This document shows, piece after piece, positions 45,145-54,094 of a stretch of 64,000 nucleotides of DNA (position 1 is the first letter of the stretch; every line of letters begins with the position of its first letter). The stretch is taken from positions 649 through 64,648 of the forward strand of contig CAUWEX010000004.1 of NCBI GenBank assembly GCA_963557965.1, given 5' to 3'. This DNA comes from an uncultured Clostridia bacterium. GTDB lineage: Bacteria; Bacillota; Clostridia; TANB77; CAG-508. Both the position numbers and the translations under genes were made by a program. The notes beneath the pieces were generated by a model, which worked only from the letters and a program-made list of their open reading frames with translations, did no database searches and was not told where the DNA came from.

Positions 45145-46056
45145 ATGAAACAAGAAGATCAAGAATTTAAATCAGGATTTGTAACACTAATAGGAAGAAC
45201 GAATGTTGGAAAATCAACATTACTAAATTTATTAGTAGGAGAAAAAGTAGCTGCAATAGCCAATAAGGTACAAACAACGAGAACAGCCATAAGAGGAATT
45301 GTAAACAGACAAAACTCACAAATTATATTTACAGATACTCCAGGAATTCATAAACCTAAAACAAAATTAAATGAAACAATGATAGAAACATCTTTTACAA
45401 GTCTTGCAGATGCAGATGTGGTTTTGTTTTTAATAGAAGCAACAAGTGATGAGATAGGAAGAGGAGACAGTAGAATTTTAGAAAAAATAAAAGAAGCACA
45501 CGCCAAAACAATTTTGATTATTAATAAAATTGATTTGGTAAAAAGAGAAAAACTTTTAAAGCTAATAGATATATACCGCAAAGAATATAATTTTGAAGCG
45601 GTTATACCAATTTCTGCAACAGATAGCAAGTCAAGAGAAGTGGTATTAAAAGAAATTGAGAAGAACTTAAAACCAGGTCCTGCATATTATGATAAAGAGG
45701 AATATACAGATCAAACCTTAAGACAATTGGCAGAAGAAACAATAAGAGAAAAAGCACTTAAATTATTACAAGATGAAGTGCCACATGGCATTTATGTTGA
45801 AGTGGAAAAAATGAGAGAAAGAAAAAATAAAAATGGAGAAGAAATATACGATATTGAAGCTACAATTTATTGTCTAAGAAATTCACATAAAGGGATTATT
45901 ATTGGCAAAAATGGAGAAATGTTAAAAAGAATTGGAAGAGCAGCAAGGATAGACATGGAAAATAATTTTGGATTTAAAGTAAATTTAAAAACATGGGTAA
46001 AAGTTAAAGAGGACTGGCAAGATAATAACTCAATAGTAAATAAATTTAAATTATAA
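45145..46056 (+). CDS. era: GTPase Era
   Basis: G motifs (GRTNVGKSTLLN, DTPG, NKID) and a C-terminal KH domain (IIGKNGEMLKRIG). Confidence 0.95.
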   Translation: MKQEDQEFKSGFVTLIGRTNVGKSTLLNLLVGEKVAAIANKVQTTRTAIRGIVNRQNSQIIFTDTPGIHKPKTKLNETMIETSFTSLADADVVLFLIEATSDEIGRGDSRILEKIKEAHAKTILIINKIDLVKREKLLKLIDIYRKEYNFEAVIPISATDSKSREVVLKEIEKNLKPGPAYYDKEEYTDQTLRQLAEETIREKALKLLQDEVPHGIYVEVEKMRERKNKNGEEIYDIEATIYCLRNSHKGIIIGKNGEMLKRIGRAARIDMENNFGFKVNLKTWVKVKEDWQDNNSIVNKFKL

Positions 46057-46121
46057 GTATAAAAAATAAAAAAACGCAAAAGATAAATTAAAGGTAAAAC
46101 TTTAAAAAGGAAGGGACGTTT

Positions 46122-46280
46122 ATGATTAAGGAAATCGCATGGGATGCTTTTAAAAATACTGGTGATATCAATGCATTTTTAGAACTAAAAGAAATTGAAA
46201 ATTTAGAAAGAAAATTAAAAGAAGAAAAGGACATAGAAATAGATGGCAAGTATGAAACTAACGGGAATAATATTATCTGA
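46122..46280 (+). CDS. yqzL: YqzL-family small protein (52 aa), below the ORF-track cutoff
   Basis: MIKEIAWDAFKNTGDINAFLELKEIENLERKL. Conserved era-yqzL-recO position in Firmicutes. Confidence 0.7.
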   Translation: MIKEIAWDAFKNTGDINAFLELKEIENLERKLKEEKDIEIDGKYETNGNNII

Positions 46281-46972
46281 AAGTAATGTGGGAGACTTTG
46301 ATAAGATGCTGACTATGTTAACACCAGGATTGCGGGAAAATATCTTGTGTTGCTAAAGGGGCTAGAAGACCTAAAAGTGCCCTTTTAGCAGGAACACAGA
46401 TGTTTTGCTTTGGCGAATATTTAGTATACAAAGGAACAAACACATTCCACATAAATTCAGTAGAGCCAATTGAAATTTTTTATAAATTGCGAACAGATTT
46501 GGACAAGTTAAAATATGCAGTACATATTAATAAAATAGTACAAGATGTAACACATGAAAATCAAAATAGTTATTATATTTTACAACTATTATTAAATACG
46601 TTATACACAATATCAGAAACAGATAAAAATTTGGATTTAATACTTAGCATATTTAAATTACGATTGTTGTGCATTTTAGGATTTAGTCCAAAAATACATT
46701 CATGTGTAAATTGTAAAGAAAAGGAAAATATACAGTACTTTAGCATAAAAGACGACGGAATAAAATGCGGAGCTTGTGGCAAACAAGATAAATCAGCAAT
46801 TACAATTAATGAAAGCACCAAAAATGCTATAATATATACAATCACAGCACCTGCTAAGAAGTTATATTCTTTTACTATTAAAGATGAAGCGTTGGAAGAA
46901 TTTAATTTAGTAGCAAAATTATATTTTAATCAAAAACTTGAAAAAGAATATAAATTGGAAAATCTATTTTAA
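46243..46972 (+). pseudogene. recO: DNA repair protein RecO, interrupted by a 1-nt frameshift at ~46333
   Basis: Frame 1 reads M(AS)MKLTGIILSESNVGDFDKMLTMLTPGL then stops. Frame 2 continues GKISCVAKGARRPKSALLAGTQMFCFGEYLVY... with the zinc-finger CVNC...CGAC. An extra C in ttgCggg separates the two. Confidence 0.8.
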
Positions 46973-47141
46973 GAATTAAGTTATTAGCAATCAGAAACTA
47001 ATGGCTTAATTTTTTTGTTTAAATTGAACATTAAATTTACATGTTTGTTAAATTTTAGACAAAAGGCTTGAAAAAAATAAGAATAAAATATATAATAAAG
47101 ATATCAGCAAGACAAACTAAAAAGAGAAGGGAGCGATTTTT

Positions 47142-47678
47142 ATGAAAATAAAAATAACAGGAAAGGAACTAAAGATAACAGAAGCAATAAATGATTATGT
47201 TGAAAGAAAAATGGAGAGAATTGATAAATATTTCAAAGACGTAGACAATGCTGAAGCTGAAGTAACATTAAGAACAGAAAGAGAAACACAAATAGCTGAG
47301 GTGTCTCTAGTAGTTAATGGAGAAAAATATAGAGCATTAACAGAAGATAAAGACATGTATGCTTCTATAGACAAAGATATGGATATATTAGAAGGACAAA
47401 TTAGAAAGGCAAAAACTAAAAAAGAAAAAATGATGAGAGACGCATCATTAAAAAATGTAGAAGTAGAAACATCTAAAACAGCAGAAGTTGAAAATGAAAT
47501 AATAAAAACATCATACTATAGTATAAAACCAATGTTACCAGAAGATGCAGTTATGGTATTACAAGAAAAACCAACACATAATTTTTTAGCATTTATAAAT
47601 GTTGAAACAGGAAAAGTAAATGTAGTTCATAAATTAAAAGATGGAAAGAACTATGGTTTAGTAGAACCTGAAGCTTAA
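47142..47678 (+). CDS. hpf: Ribosome hibernation promoting factor (long HPF)
   Basis: N-terminal S30AE/RaiA domain (MKIKITGKELKITEAINDYVERKMERIDKYF) and a C-terminal dimerisation domain. Promoter TTGAAA-17-TATAAT upstream. Confidence 0.92.
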   Translation: MKIKITGKELKITEAINDYVERKMERIDKYFKDVDNAEAEVTLRTERETQIAEVSLVVNGEKYRALTEDKDMYASIDKDMDILEGQIRKAKTKKEKMMRDASLKNVEVETSKTAEVENEIIKTSYYSIKPMLPEDAVMVLQEKPTHNFLAFINVETGKVNVVHKLKDGKNYGLVEPEA

Positions 47679-47787
47679 TGATTTTGGGGTCGAAGGAAAA
47701 AAATATGTCCACTTAGGATTCAAGTCCAAAGTGGGCATTTTTATATTTCTTAAATAGTTTTAAAATGATTTTTTTCTCCGATTTTCA
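47679..47787. repeat. REP-like motif, inverted pair, locus B (between hpf and the SASP gene)
   Basis: tgattttggggtcgaaggaaaaaaat (47679-47704, right after the hpf TAA) faces aaaatgatttttttctccgattttca (47762-47787). The pair flanks the hpf terminator hairpin. Confidence 0.65.
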
Positions 47788-47928
47788 AAAAAACATTTTT
47801 AAAGGCAGGAAATCAAGTCCTGCCTTTATGTATTTTAAAATATATAAAAGCAAAAGTTAACTTCCTACCTTAAATAATTAATAATGACTTTTGGTTATAC
47901 GATAGTTATTTAGAATCTAAAAGTTATA

Positions 47929-48126
47929 CTATTTCATATTTCTTTCAGCTTGTTCTATCATTTTCTTAACCATTTGTCCACCTATTTTACCAGCATCTCT
48001 AGCTGAGATGTCTCCGTTGTAACCGTCTTTTAAATTAACACCAACTTCACTTGCTACTTCATATTTGAATTTGTCTAAAGCATCCATAGCTTCTGGTACT
48101 AATTTTTTATTACTTGAGTTTGCCAT
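47929..48126 (-). CDS. Alpha/beta-type small acid-soluble spore protein
   Basis: LVPEAMDALDKFKYEVASEVGV...GYNGDISARDAGKIGGQMVKKMIE is a hallmark SASP sequence. Confidence 0.93.
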   Translation of the reverse strand: MANSSNKKLVPEAMDALDKFKYEVASEVGVNLKDGYNGDISARDAGKIGGQMVKKMIEQAERNMK

Positions 48127-48409
48127 TGTTTTTTCACCTCCTGTAAGTTACGACTAGAAAAAACTTTTGCTTTTTCTAATACTATCATTTGCAAAATTCA
48201 GAAAAATAAACAGGAAATTTTTAGAAAAATTGTTGCAATTAAAAAAATATATTATATAATAAAGTCTACACAAATGAAAAACATATAAATTAAAAAATAA
48301 CGATATTAGAAACAAAACAATATAAAACTACAAAAGAATATATCAAGTTCATAAAAGTATGAAAATGATAAGAAAGGAGAAAAGGTACAATAAAGTATCT
48401 TTATGAAAT

Positions 48410-49294
48410 ATGTATAAATTAGTAGCGATAGATTTAGATGGAACATTATTAAATAGTCATGGAACTATAAGTGAAGAAACTAAAAGAACATTGGTAGAAG
48501 TACAAAAGCAAGAAGTAAACATTGTTCTTGCATCAGGAAGACCAATTGATTCAATAAAGGCAATTGCAAAAGAAATAGGAGGGCAAAAATATTTCATAGC
48601 TGGAAATGGAGCAATTGTATATGATATTGAAAATGAAAAAATAATATACGAAAAATGTTTACCAAAAGAAAAACTTTTGAAAATTATAAAAATATGTGAG
48701 GAAAATAGTATTGGATATAGTGTATATACAGAAAATGAGATTTTAACATCTGCATTAAAATATAATGTGTTGTACTATCATAAAGAAAATGCTAAAAAAC
48801 CAGAAAACCAAAGAACAAAAATAAATCTGATTAGTAATATGTACGAACATATAAAAAATGATGAAAATTCGCGATTTTTAAAAGTAACAATATGTGATGA
48901 GGATAAAGCGATTTTTAATTCTATTATAAGAAAAGTGAGAGAAATAAGTGATATAGAAGTTTTAGATGTAGCACATATGGCAAGAAAAATAATAAAACAA
49001 GGAACTGATGAGATACCAGTAGAATATTATTATACAGAAGTTTCTCAGTCTAATGTAGATAAATGGTATGCAATAGAATTTTTGGCTCAAAAATTAGAAA
49101 TAAAAACAGAAGAAATTATGGCAATTGGAGACAACATCAATGATAAAATAATGATTGAAAAAGCTGGGTTAGGAGTAGCAATGGAGCAAAGCACGCCAAT
49201 TATTTTAAATATTGCAAACGAAGTAACTAAGAGCAACAATGAAGAAGGTGTGGCAAAAATATTACAAAAATATTACAAAAATATTAACTTTTAA
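48410..49294 (+). CDS. Cof-type HAD-IIB family phosphatase
   Basis: AIDLDGTLLN, SGRP and GDNINDKIMIEKAGLGVAM motifs. Confidence 0.88.
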   Translation: MYKLVAIDLDGTLLNSHGTISEETKRTLVEVQKQEVNIVLASGRPIDSIKAIAKEIGGQKYFIAGNGAIVYDIENEKIIYEKCLPKEKLLKIIKICEENSIGYSVYTENEILTSALKYNVLYYHKENAKKPENQRTKINLISNMYEHIKNDENSRFLKVTICDEDKAIFNSIIRKVREISDIEVLDVAHMARKIIKQGTDEIPVEYYYTEVSQSNVDKWYAIEFLAQKLEIKTEEIMAIGDNINDKIMIEKAGLGVAMEQSTPIILNIANEVTKSNNEEGVAKILQKYYKNINF

Positions 49295-49402
49295 TAACAC
49301 CTATATTTTTCGTTGATTTTATACACCATTTGCGTTAAAATTAAATAGATGATTATTTTGTAAAAAAATATATAAAAATAAATTTAAAGGGAGGAATTTG
49401 TC

Positions 49403-50503
49403 ATGGCTACAAATCCAATGCAAAGAAAAGCAAGAAACTCATTTTTACTAGGAATGCTAGTAATGCTATTGATATCAGGGGTGATTATAGCATTATTATT
49501 TATGCAATTGATGGGGAAAATGAAAGAAGAAAAAGAAGAATTAGCAAACAGCTATACAGCATATGTATTAAATCAAGATGTTAAAGCAGGGCAAACTATA
49601 ACTGAAGATATGTATGTTACTAAAACTGTAAATAAAGCATTAGTACCAAGTAATGCAACTAGTGATTTAAGCATTATTCAAAATTATGCATTAAAAGATA
49701 AAGAAGGAAATGCAGTAACTACAGAATATCGTACAGCAAATGGAGAAACTGTTGCAACAATGTATATTACATTAAATAATACAAAATATGAAGTTAAAAA
49801 AGAAGAAGAAACAGACAGCTATTATATAACAAGAAATGGGCAAAAAGAATATTTAGATCTAGTATCAGCACCATTAATAGCAAAAGTAAACATGAAAAAA
49901 AATACACTAATAACAACAGATTTACTTTCACAAGGTACAGTTAAAGATGATATTAGAAGACAAGAATATAATGTTGTAATAATGCCACTTGATTTATCTA
50001 CAGGAGATTATATTGATATAAGACTTATGTTACCAAATGGACAAGATTTTGTAGTAGTTTCTAAAAAAGAAGTAGAAATTCCTAGTGTAGGAGGAGTAGA
50101 TTCATCAGATACAATGTGGGTTAACTTATCAGAAGATGAAATTTTACATATGAGTTCTGCAATAGTTGATGCAGCTAGCTTAAATGGAGCAAAAATTTAC
50201 GCAACTAAATATACAGATCCAGGAATACAAAATGCATCTACGCCAAACTATGTAGTAAGAGATGCAGTATCTAAAGAATTACAAGCAGATCCAAATATAT
50301 TAGCAAGCGCTATGGAAACATTAAGAGCAAGATATAACGCAATAGATACAGGAACAATGAATGCATATAGAGAAAATGCTCTTAATAGCCAAGGAGATCA
50401 AATACAAACAAACTTAGAAACTAAAATGGAAGAAAGTATAACAAATTCAAAAACTACAAGAAAAGACTACTTAGAAGGATTAACAGGAGCAACAACAGAG
50501 TAA
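49403..50503 (+). CDS. Tad-like locus: CpaB/RcpC-like protein (N-terminal TM, SAF-like domain)
   Basis: TM anchor, then YVLNQDVKAGQTITEDMYVTKTV..LVPSNA (SAF-like) and TGDYIDIRLMLPNGQD (CpaB beta-clip-like). Confidence 0.6.
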   Translation: MATNPMQRKARNSFLLGMLVMLLISGVIIALLFMQLMGKMKEEKEELANSYTAYVLNQDVKAGQTITEDMYVTKTVNKALVPSNATSDLSIIQNYALKDKEGNAVTTEYRTANGETVATMYITLNNTKYEVKKEEETDSYYITRNGQKEYLDLVSAPLIAKVNMKKNTLITTDLLSQGTVKDDIRRQEYNVVIMPLDLSTGDYIDIRLMLPNGQDFVVVSKKEVEIPSVGGVDSSDTMWVNLSEDEILHMSSAIVDAASLNGAKIYATKYTDPGIQNASTPNYVVRDAVSKELQADPNILASAMETLRARYNAIDTGTMNAYRENALNSQGDQIQTNLETKMEESITNSKTTRKDYLEGLTGATTE

Positions 50504-50515
50504 AGGAGAAGAAAC

Positions 50516-51214
50516 ATGAAAAAAATAGGGTTTATAGGGGCTTATGATAAAACAGATTTAATTATAAATATAGCAAAAATATTAACAGTGTTAAATCAAA
50601 AAGTACTAGTAATTGATGCTACAACAAATCAAAAAGCTAGATATGTGGTGCCTGTTATAAACCCTACAACAGCATATGTAACAGACTTTGAAGATATGGA
50701 CATTGCTGTGGGGTTTTCAGGCACAGAAGAAATAAAAAGATATCTTGGTGTTGCAGATGATCAAGATATGGAATATGACGTTATGCTTGTAGATACAGAT
50801 AACTACAAAGGATTTGAAGATTTTAAATTAACAGAAGCACAGAAAAACTACTTTGTGACTTCTTTTGATGTATATTCATTAAAAAAAGGGCTTGAAATAT
50901 TAAGCGGTCTATCTGAACCAATAAGTATAACAAAAATTTTATTTTCTAAAGAAATGCTAAAAGAAGAAGACGATTACTTGAACTTTTTATCACTTGGATA
51001 TAAAACGATATGGGATGAATATAGAATTTATTTTCCAATCGAAAATGGCGATTTAAGTGTTATTTATGAAAATCAAAGAGTTGCAAAAATAAAGTTTAAG
51101 AAATTAAGTGTTCAGTATAAAGATGGACTAGCATATATATCAGAAGAAATACTAGGGGACGCAAATGAGGCGAGAGTTAGACGAGCCATAAAAACAATAG
51201 AAAAAGGAGTATAG
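50516..51214 (+). CDS. Tad-like locus: TadZ/CpaE-like ParA/MinD-fold protein with degenerate P-loop
   Basis: IGFIGAYDKTDLIINIAKILTVLNQKVLVIDAT has the ParA/MinD layout but no GKT/S Walker A lysine motif. Confidence 0.5.
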   Translation: MKKIGFIGAYDKTDLIINIAKILTVLNQKVLVIDATTNQKARYVVPVINPTTAYVTDFEDMDIAVGFSGTEEIKRYLGVADDQDMEYDVMLVDTDNYKGFEDFKLTEAQKNYFVTSFDVYSLKKGLEILSGLSEPISITKILFSKEMLKEEDDYLNFLSLGYKTIWDEYRIYFPIENGDLSVIYENQRVAKIKFKKLSVQYKDGLAYISEEILGDANEARVRRAIKTIEKGV

Positions 51215-51216
51215 AA

Positions 51217-52056
51217 ATGTCAATTATTACATTTTGGAATGATGGTAAAGAGCAAACAGGCAAAACACTATCAATGGCTGCAATTGCAACATATATGGCT
51301 ATTGAACATAATTACAAGATTTTGGTGATTTCTACAGGACATAAAGATGAAGTATTAGAACGTTGCTTCTGGGAAGAAAAGAAAAAAAGAAGAAATCTTG
51401 GTTTGTTTGGACCTAACACTAATACTGGAATTGAAGATGGAATAGTTGGGATTGAAACTGTTATGAGAAGTAACAGATTACAACCTGAAAATATTACCAA
51501 TTATACGAAAATTATATTTAAAGACAGATTAGAAGTGCTACCATCATTTAAAGGTGAAAAGATAGAATATGAAGAAATAAAAAGAAATTATCCAGATTTA
51601 ATAAATTTGGCTAATAAATACTATGATATGGTTTTTGTGGATTTGGATGCAGAGCTTGGACCTGAAATAGCAGACGCTATTATACAAAGTTCTAATCTTA
51701 TAGTTGCAAATCTAAGCCAAAGACTATCTAGTATAAATAAATTTATGAAGCTAAGAGAAGAAAATCCGATATTAAATTCAAAAAAATCATTAATATTGAT
51801 AAATAGATATGACAAATTTTCTAAATACACTATAAAAAATATGACAAGATATATGGGTGAAAAAAATAAATTATTAACAATACCATACAATACATTATTT
51901 TTTGAAGCATGTGAAGAAGCAAAACTTCCAGACTTATTTTTAAGGTTTAGAAGAGGTATTGATGAAGAAGATAGAAACTATATCTTTACAACAGAAGTAA
52001 AAAGAGCTTCGGATGCAATTGTGTATAGAATACAAGATTTAGCAATGAAAATTTAG
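51217..52056 (+). CDS. Tad-like locus: TadZ/CpaE-like ParA/MinD-family ATPase
   Basis: ITFWNDGKEQTGKTLSMAAIATYMA (Walker A-like) and MVFVDLDAE (Walker B-like). Confidence 0.6.
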   Translation: MSIITFWNDGKEQTGKTLSMAAIATYMAIEHNYKILVISTGHKDEVLERCFWEEKKKRRNLGLFGPNTNTGIEDGIVGIETVMRSNRLQPENITNYTKIIFKDRLEVLPSFKGEKIEYEEIKRNYPDLINLANKYYDMVFVDLDAELGPEIADAIIQSSNLIVANLSQRLSSINKFMKLREENPILNSKKSLILINRYDKFSKYTIKNMTRYMGEKNKLLTIPYNTLFFEACEEAKLPDLFLRFRRGIDEEDRNYIFTTEVKRASDAIVYRIQDLAMKI

Positions 52057-52081
52057 CAAGTAAGGAGGGTGGACTAGAACC

Positions 52082-54061
52082 ATGACAATAACCAATATTG
52101 TTTTAATACTAGTTGTTATAGCTGTTGCAGGATATGTAATATACTATAGCATTAAAAAGAAAAAAGAAGCACCAGTTGAAACAGCAGTAAATGTTGATGA
52201 TAAAACTTATACAATCGATATGATGATGAATTTTGTCAAAAGAAGATTAGATGAAATTACAAAAATCAACTTATATGATATAGGTCTTTCAGAAGAAGAA
52301 TTAAAAAGAAGAAAAAATAAAAAGTATGAATTGAAAAAAGCATTAAAAGGCTGTACATATGGTGATGTAAATGACAAAAAATATGTTAAAGAATTAATTT
52401 TTGACTTATTAGAAAAAGAATATGGGGTTACAGAAGCCAATATATCAAAAGCAATTCCTTTTGATATTCCATCTTTACTTACAGCACAAGACAAATTCGA
52501 TATTTTGATTTATGCATATAAAAAAGAATTTGGATATGAAGCTTTAACAGAATTAATAAAAAAATACAGCTTAGCTGAATTAAAATATGTAGAAGGAGAG
52601 ACAAAACCTTCTTATGTTATAACACCAGAAGAAATTGAAGATATTTACGAAAAAGAAAAAATAGTATTATCATTTGCTGATAAATTAAGTGTAGTTGTAC
52701 AAAGGATATATCAACGTTACAAAGGATATAGTGCTATAGATGAAGTAAGAGACATGAATATAGACGGTGTATCTGGAGGTGTATCTGGTTTACCTGAAAG
52801 CTTTTTAAGCCAAGTTGCACAAACAGATGGAGATTATTTAAACCAAGTAACAGAACATAAAGTTCCGAGAGCATGTGATAGTATCTGGATATTTTTCCAA
52901 GGTAAATCAATACGTTTAGCATTTTTATCATTTGGTACAGAATCAGAATTAAAAAGGGTATGTCAAAACATTTATAAATACAATAATCCAGGACAATTAT
53001 CAGATACAAATGGTTATAAAATTAACGAAATGAAAGATGGTTCTCGTGTTGTTGTTGTAAGACCAAGTTTCTCTGAGACATGGGCATTCTTTGTAAGAAA
53101 ATTTGACGTTAAAAGAGCAACATTAGAGCAATTGGTAAGAGATCCGGGAAAAGATGATGCAATAGAATTGTTAAAATATTTAGTAAAAGGAGCAAGAATT
53201 ACAGCAATTACTGGAGAGCAAGGATCTGGTAAAACAACATTGCTTATGGGTATGATAGAAAATATCTACGAAACAATGAACATAAGGGTTCAAGAAACAG
53301 CATTCGAGCTTCACTTAAGAAAAATATATCCAACAAGAAATATTTTAACTTTCCGTGAAACAGATACAATTTCTGGACAAGAAGGTCTGGATGTTCAAAA
53401 GAAAACTGACGGTTCTGTTAACATCATAGGTGAGGTTGCAACAGACCCCGTAGCATCTTGGATGATACAAGCAGCTCAAGTTGCATCTAAATTTACATTA
53501 TTTACTCACCATGCTAAAACATTCCCTAACTTAGTAACTGCATTAAGAAACTCAATGTTAAGAACAGGGGTGTTTACAGACGAAAAAACAGCAGAAGAAC
53601 AAGTTGTACAAGTTTTAAACTTTGATATACACCAAGTAAAAGACTTTAGAGGAAAAAGATATATAGAAAGAATTACAGAATGTATTCCAATAGAAAGTAA
53701 AAGCGAATACAATTTTGATCACAGAAAAGAAAAGACGTTAGAAGGAAAATTTGATAAATTTTTTGATAATGCTACAAGATTTTTTGAAAAATCAACAGAT
53801 AAGCAGTTATATACATATAGAAACATAATGGAATATATTGATGGGGAATATGTAATAACAAACCCAATATCAGATCAAAACTTAAGAGATATGAGAAACA
53901 ACATGGATGCTGCAGATGTAGAGCAGTTTGATAAATTCGTTGAAAAACATTGGGGAAAACAATTAAACAAAACAGCGATGGAAAAAGAAACAGTAACAGT
54001 ATCAGCAGAAGCAGAAGAAAAGCCAAAAAGAAGAGGAAGAAAAAAGAAAACAGAAGTTTAA
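52082..54061 (+). CDS. Tad-like locus: CpaF/TadA-family secretion ATPase with N-terminal TM anchor and basic C-terminal tail
   Basis: Walker A ITGEQGSGKTTLLMGM, Asp/Walker B region SVNIIGEVATD, His box LFTHHAKT. The N-terminus MTITNIVLILVVIAVAGYVIYYSIKKKKE is a predicted TM helix. The tail is KPKRRGRKKKTEV. Confidence 0.8.
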   Translation: MTITNIVLILVVIAVAGYVIYYSIKKKKEAPVETAVNVDDKTYTIDMMMNFVKRRLDEITKINLYDIGLSEEELKRRKNKKYELKKALKGCTYGDVNDKKYVKELIFDLLEKEYGVTEANISKAIPFDIPSLLTAQDKFDILIYAYKKEFGYEALTELIKKYSLAELKYVEGETKPSYVITPEEIEDIYEKEKIVLSFADKLSVVVQRIYQRYKGYSAIDEVRDMNIDGVSGGVSGLPESFLSQVAQTDGDYLNQVTEHKVPRACDSIWIFFQGKSIRLAFLSFGTESELKRVCQNIYKYNNPGQLSDTNGYKINEMKDGSRVVVVRPSFSETWAFFVRKFDVKRATLEQLVRDPGKDDAIELLKYLVKGARITAITGEQGSGKTTLLMGMIENIYETMNIRVQETAFELHLRKIYPTRNILTFRETDTISGQEGLDVQKKTDGSVNIIGEVATDPVASWMIQAAQVASKFTLFTHHAKTFPNLVTALRNSMLRTGVFTDEKTAEEQVVQVLNFDIHQVKDFRGKRYIERITECIPIESKSEYNFDHRKEKTLEGKFDKFFDNATRFFEKSTDKQLYTYRNIMEYIDGEYVITNPISDQNLRDMRNNMDAADVEQFDKFVEKHWGKQLNKTAMEKETVTVSAEAEEKPKRRGRKKKTEV

Positions 54062-54094
54062 GTACTAAATATAAAAAGGAGGTGCTAATTAAAA

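Noticed and set aside
48127-48300. Forespore (sigma-G/F) promoter for the SASP gene, and likewise for spoIVB at ~61300-61400
   Set aside because: Expected biologically, but I could not find a convincing -35/-10 pair with correct spacing by eye (only partial matches such as TGAATT and GATAGTA at the wrong spacing).
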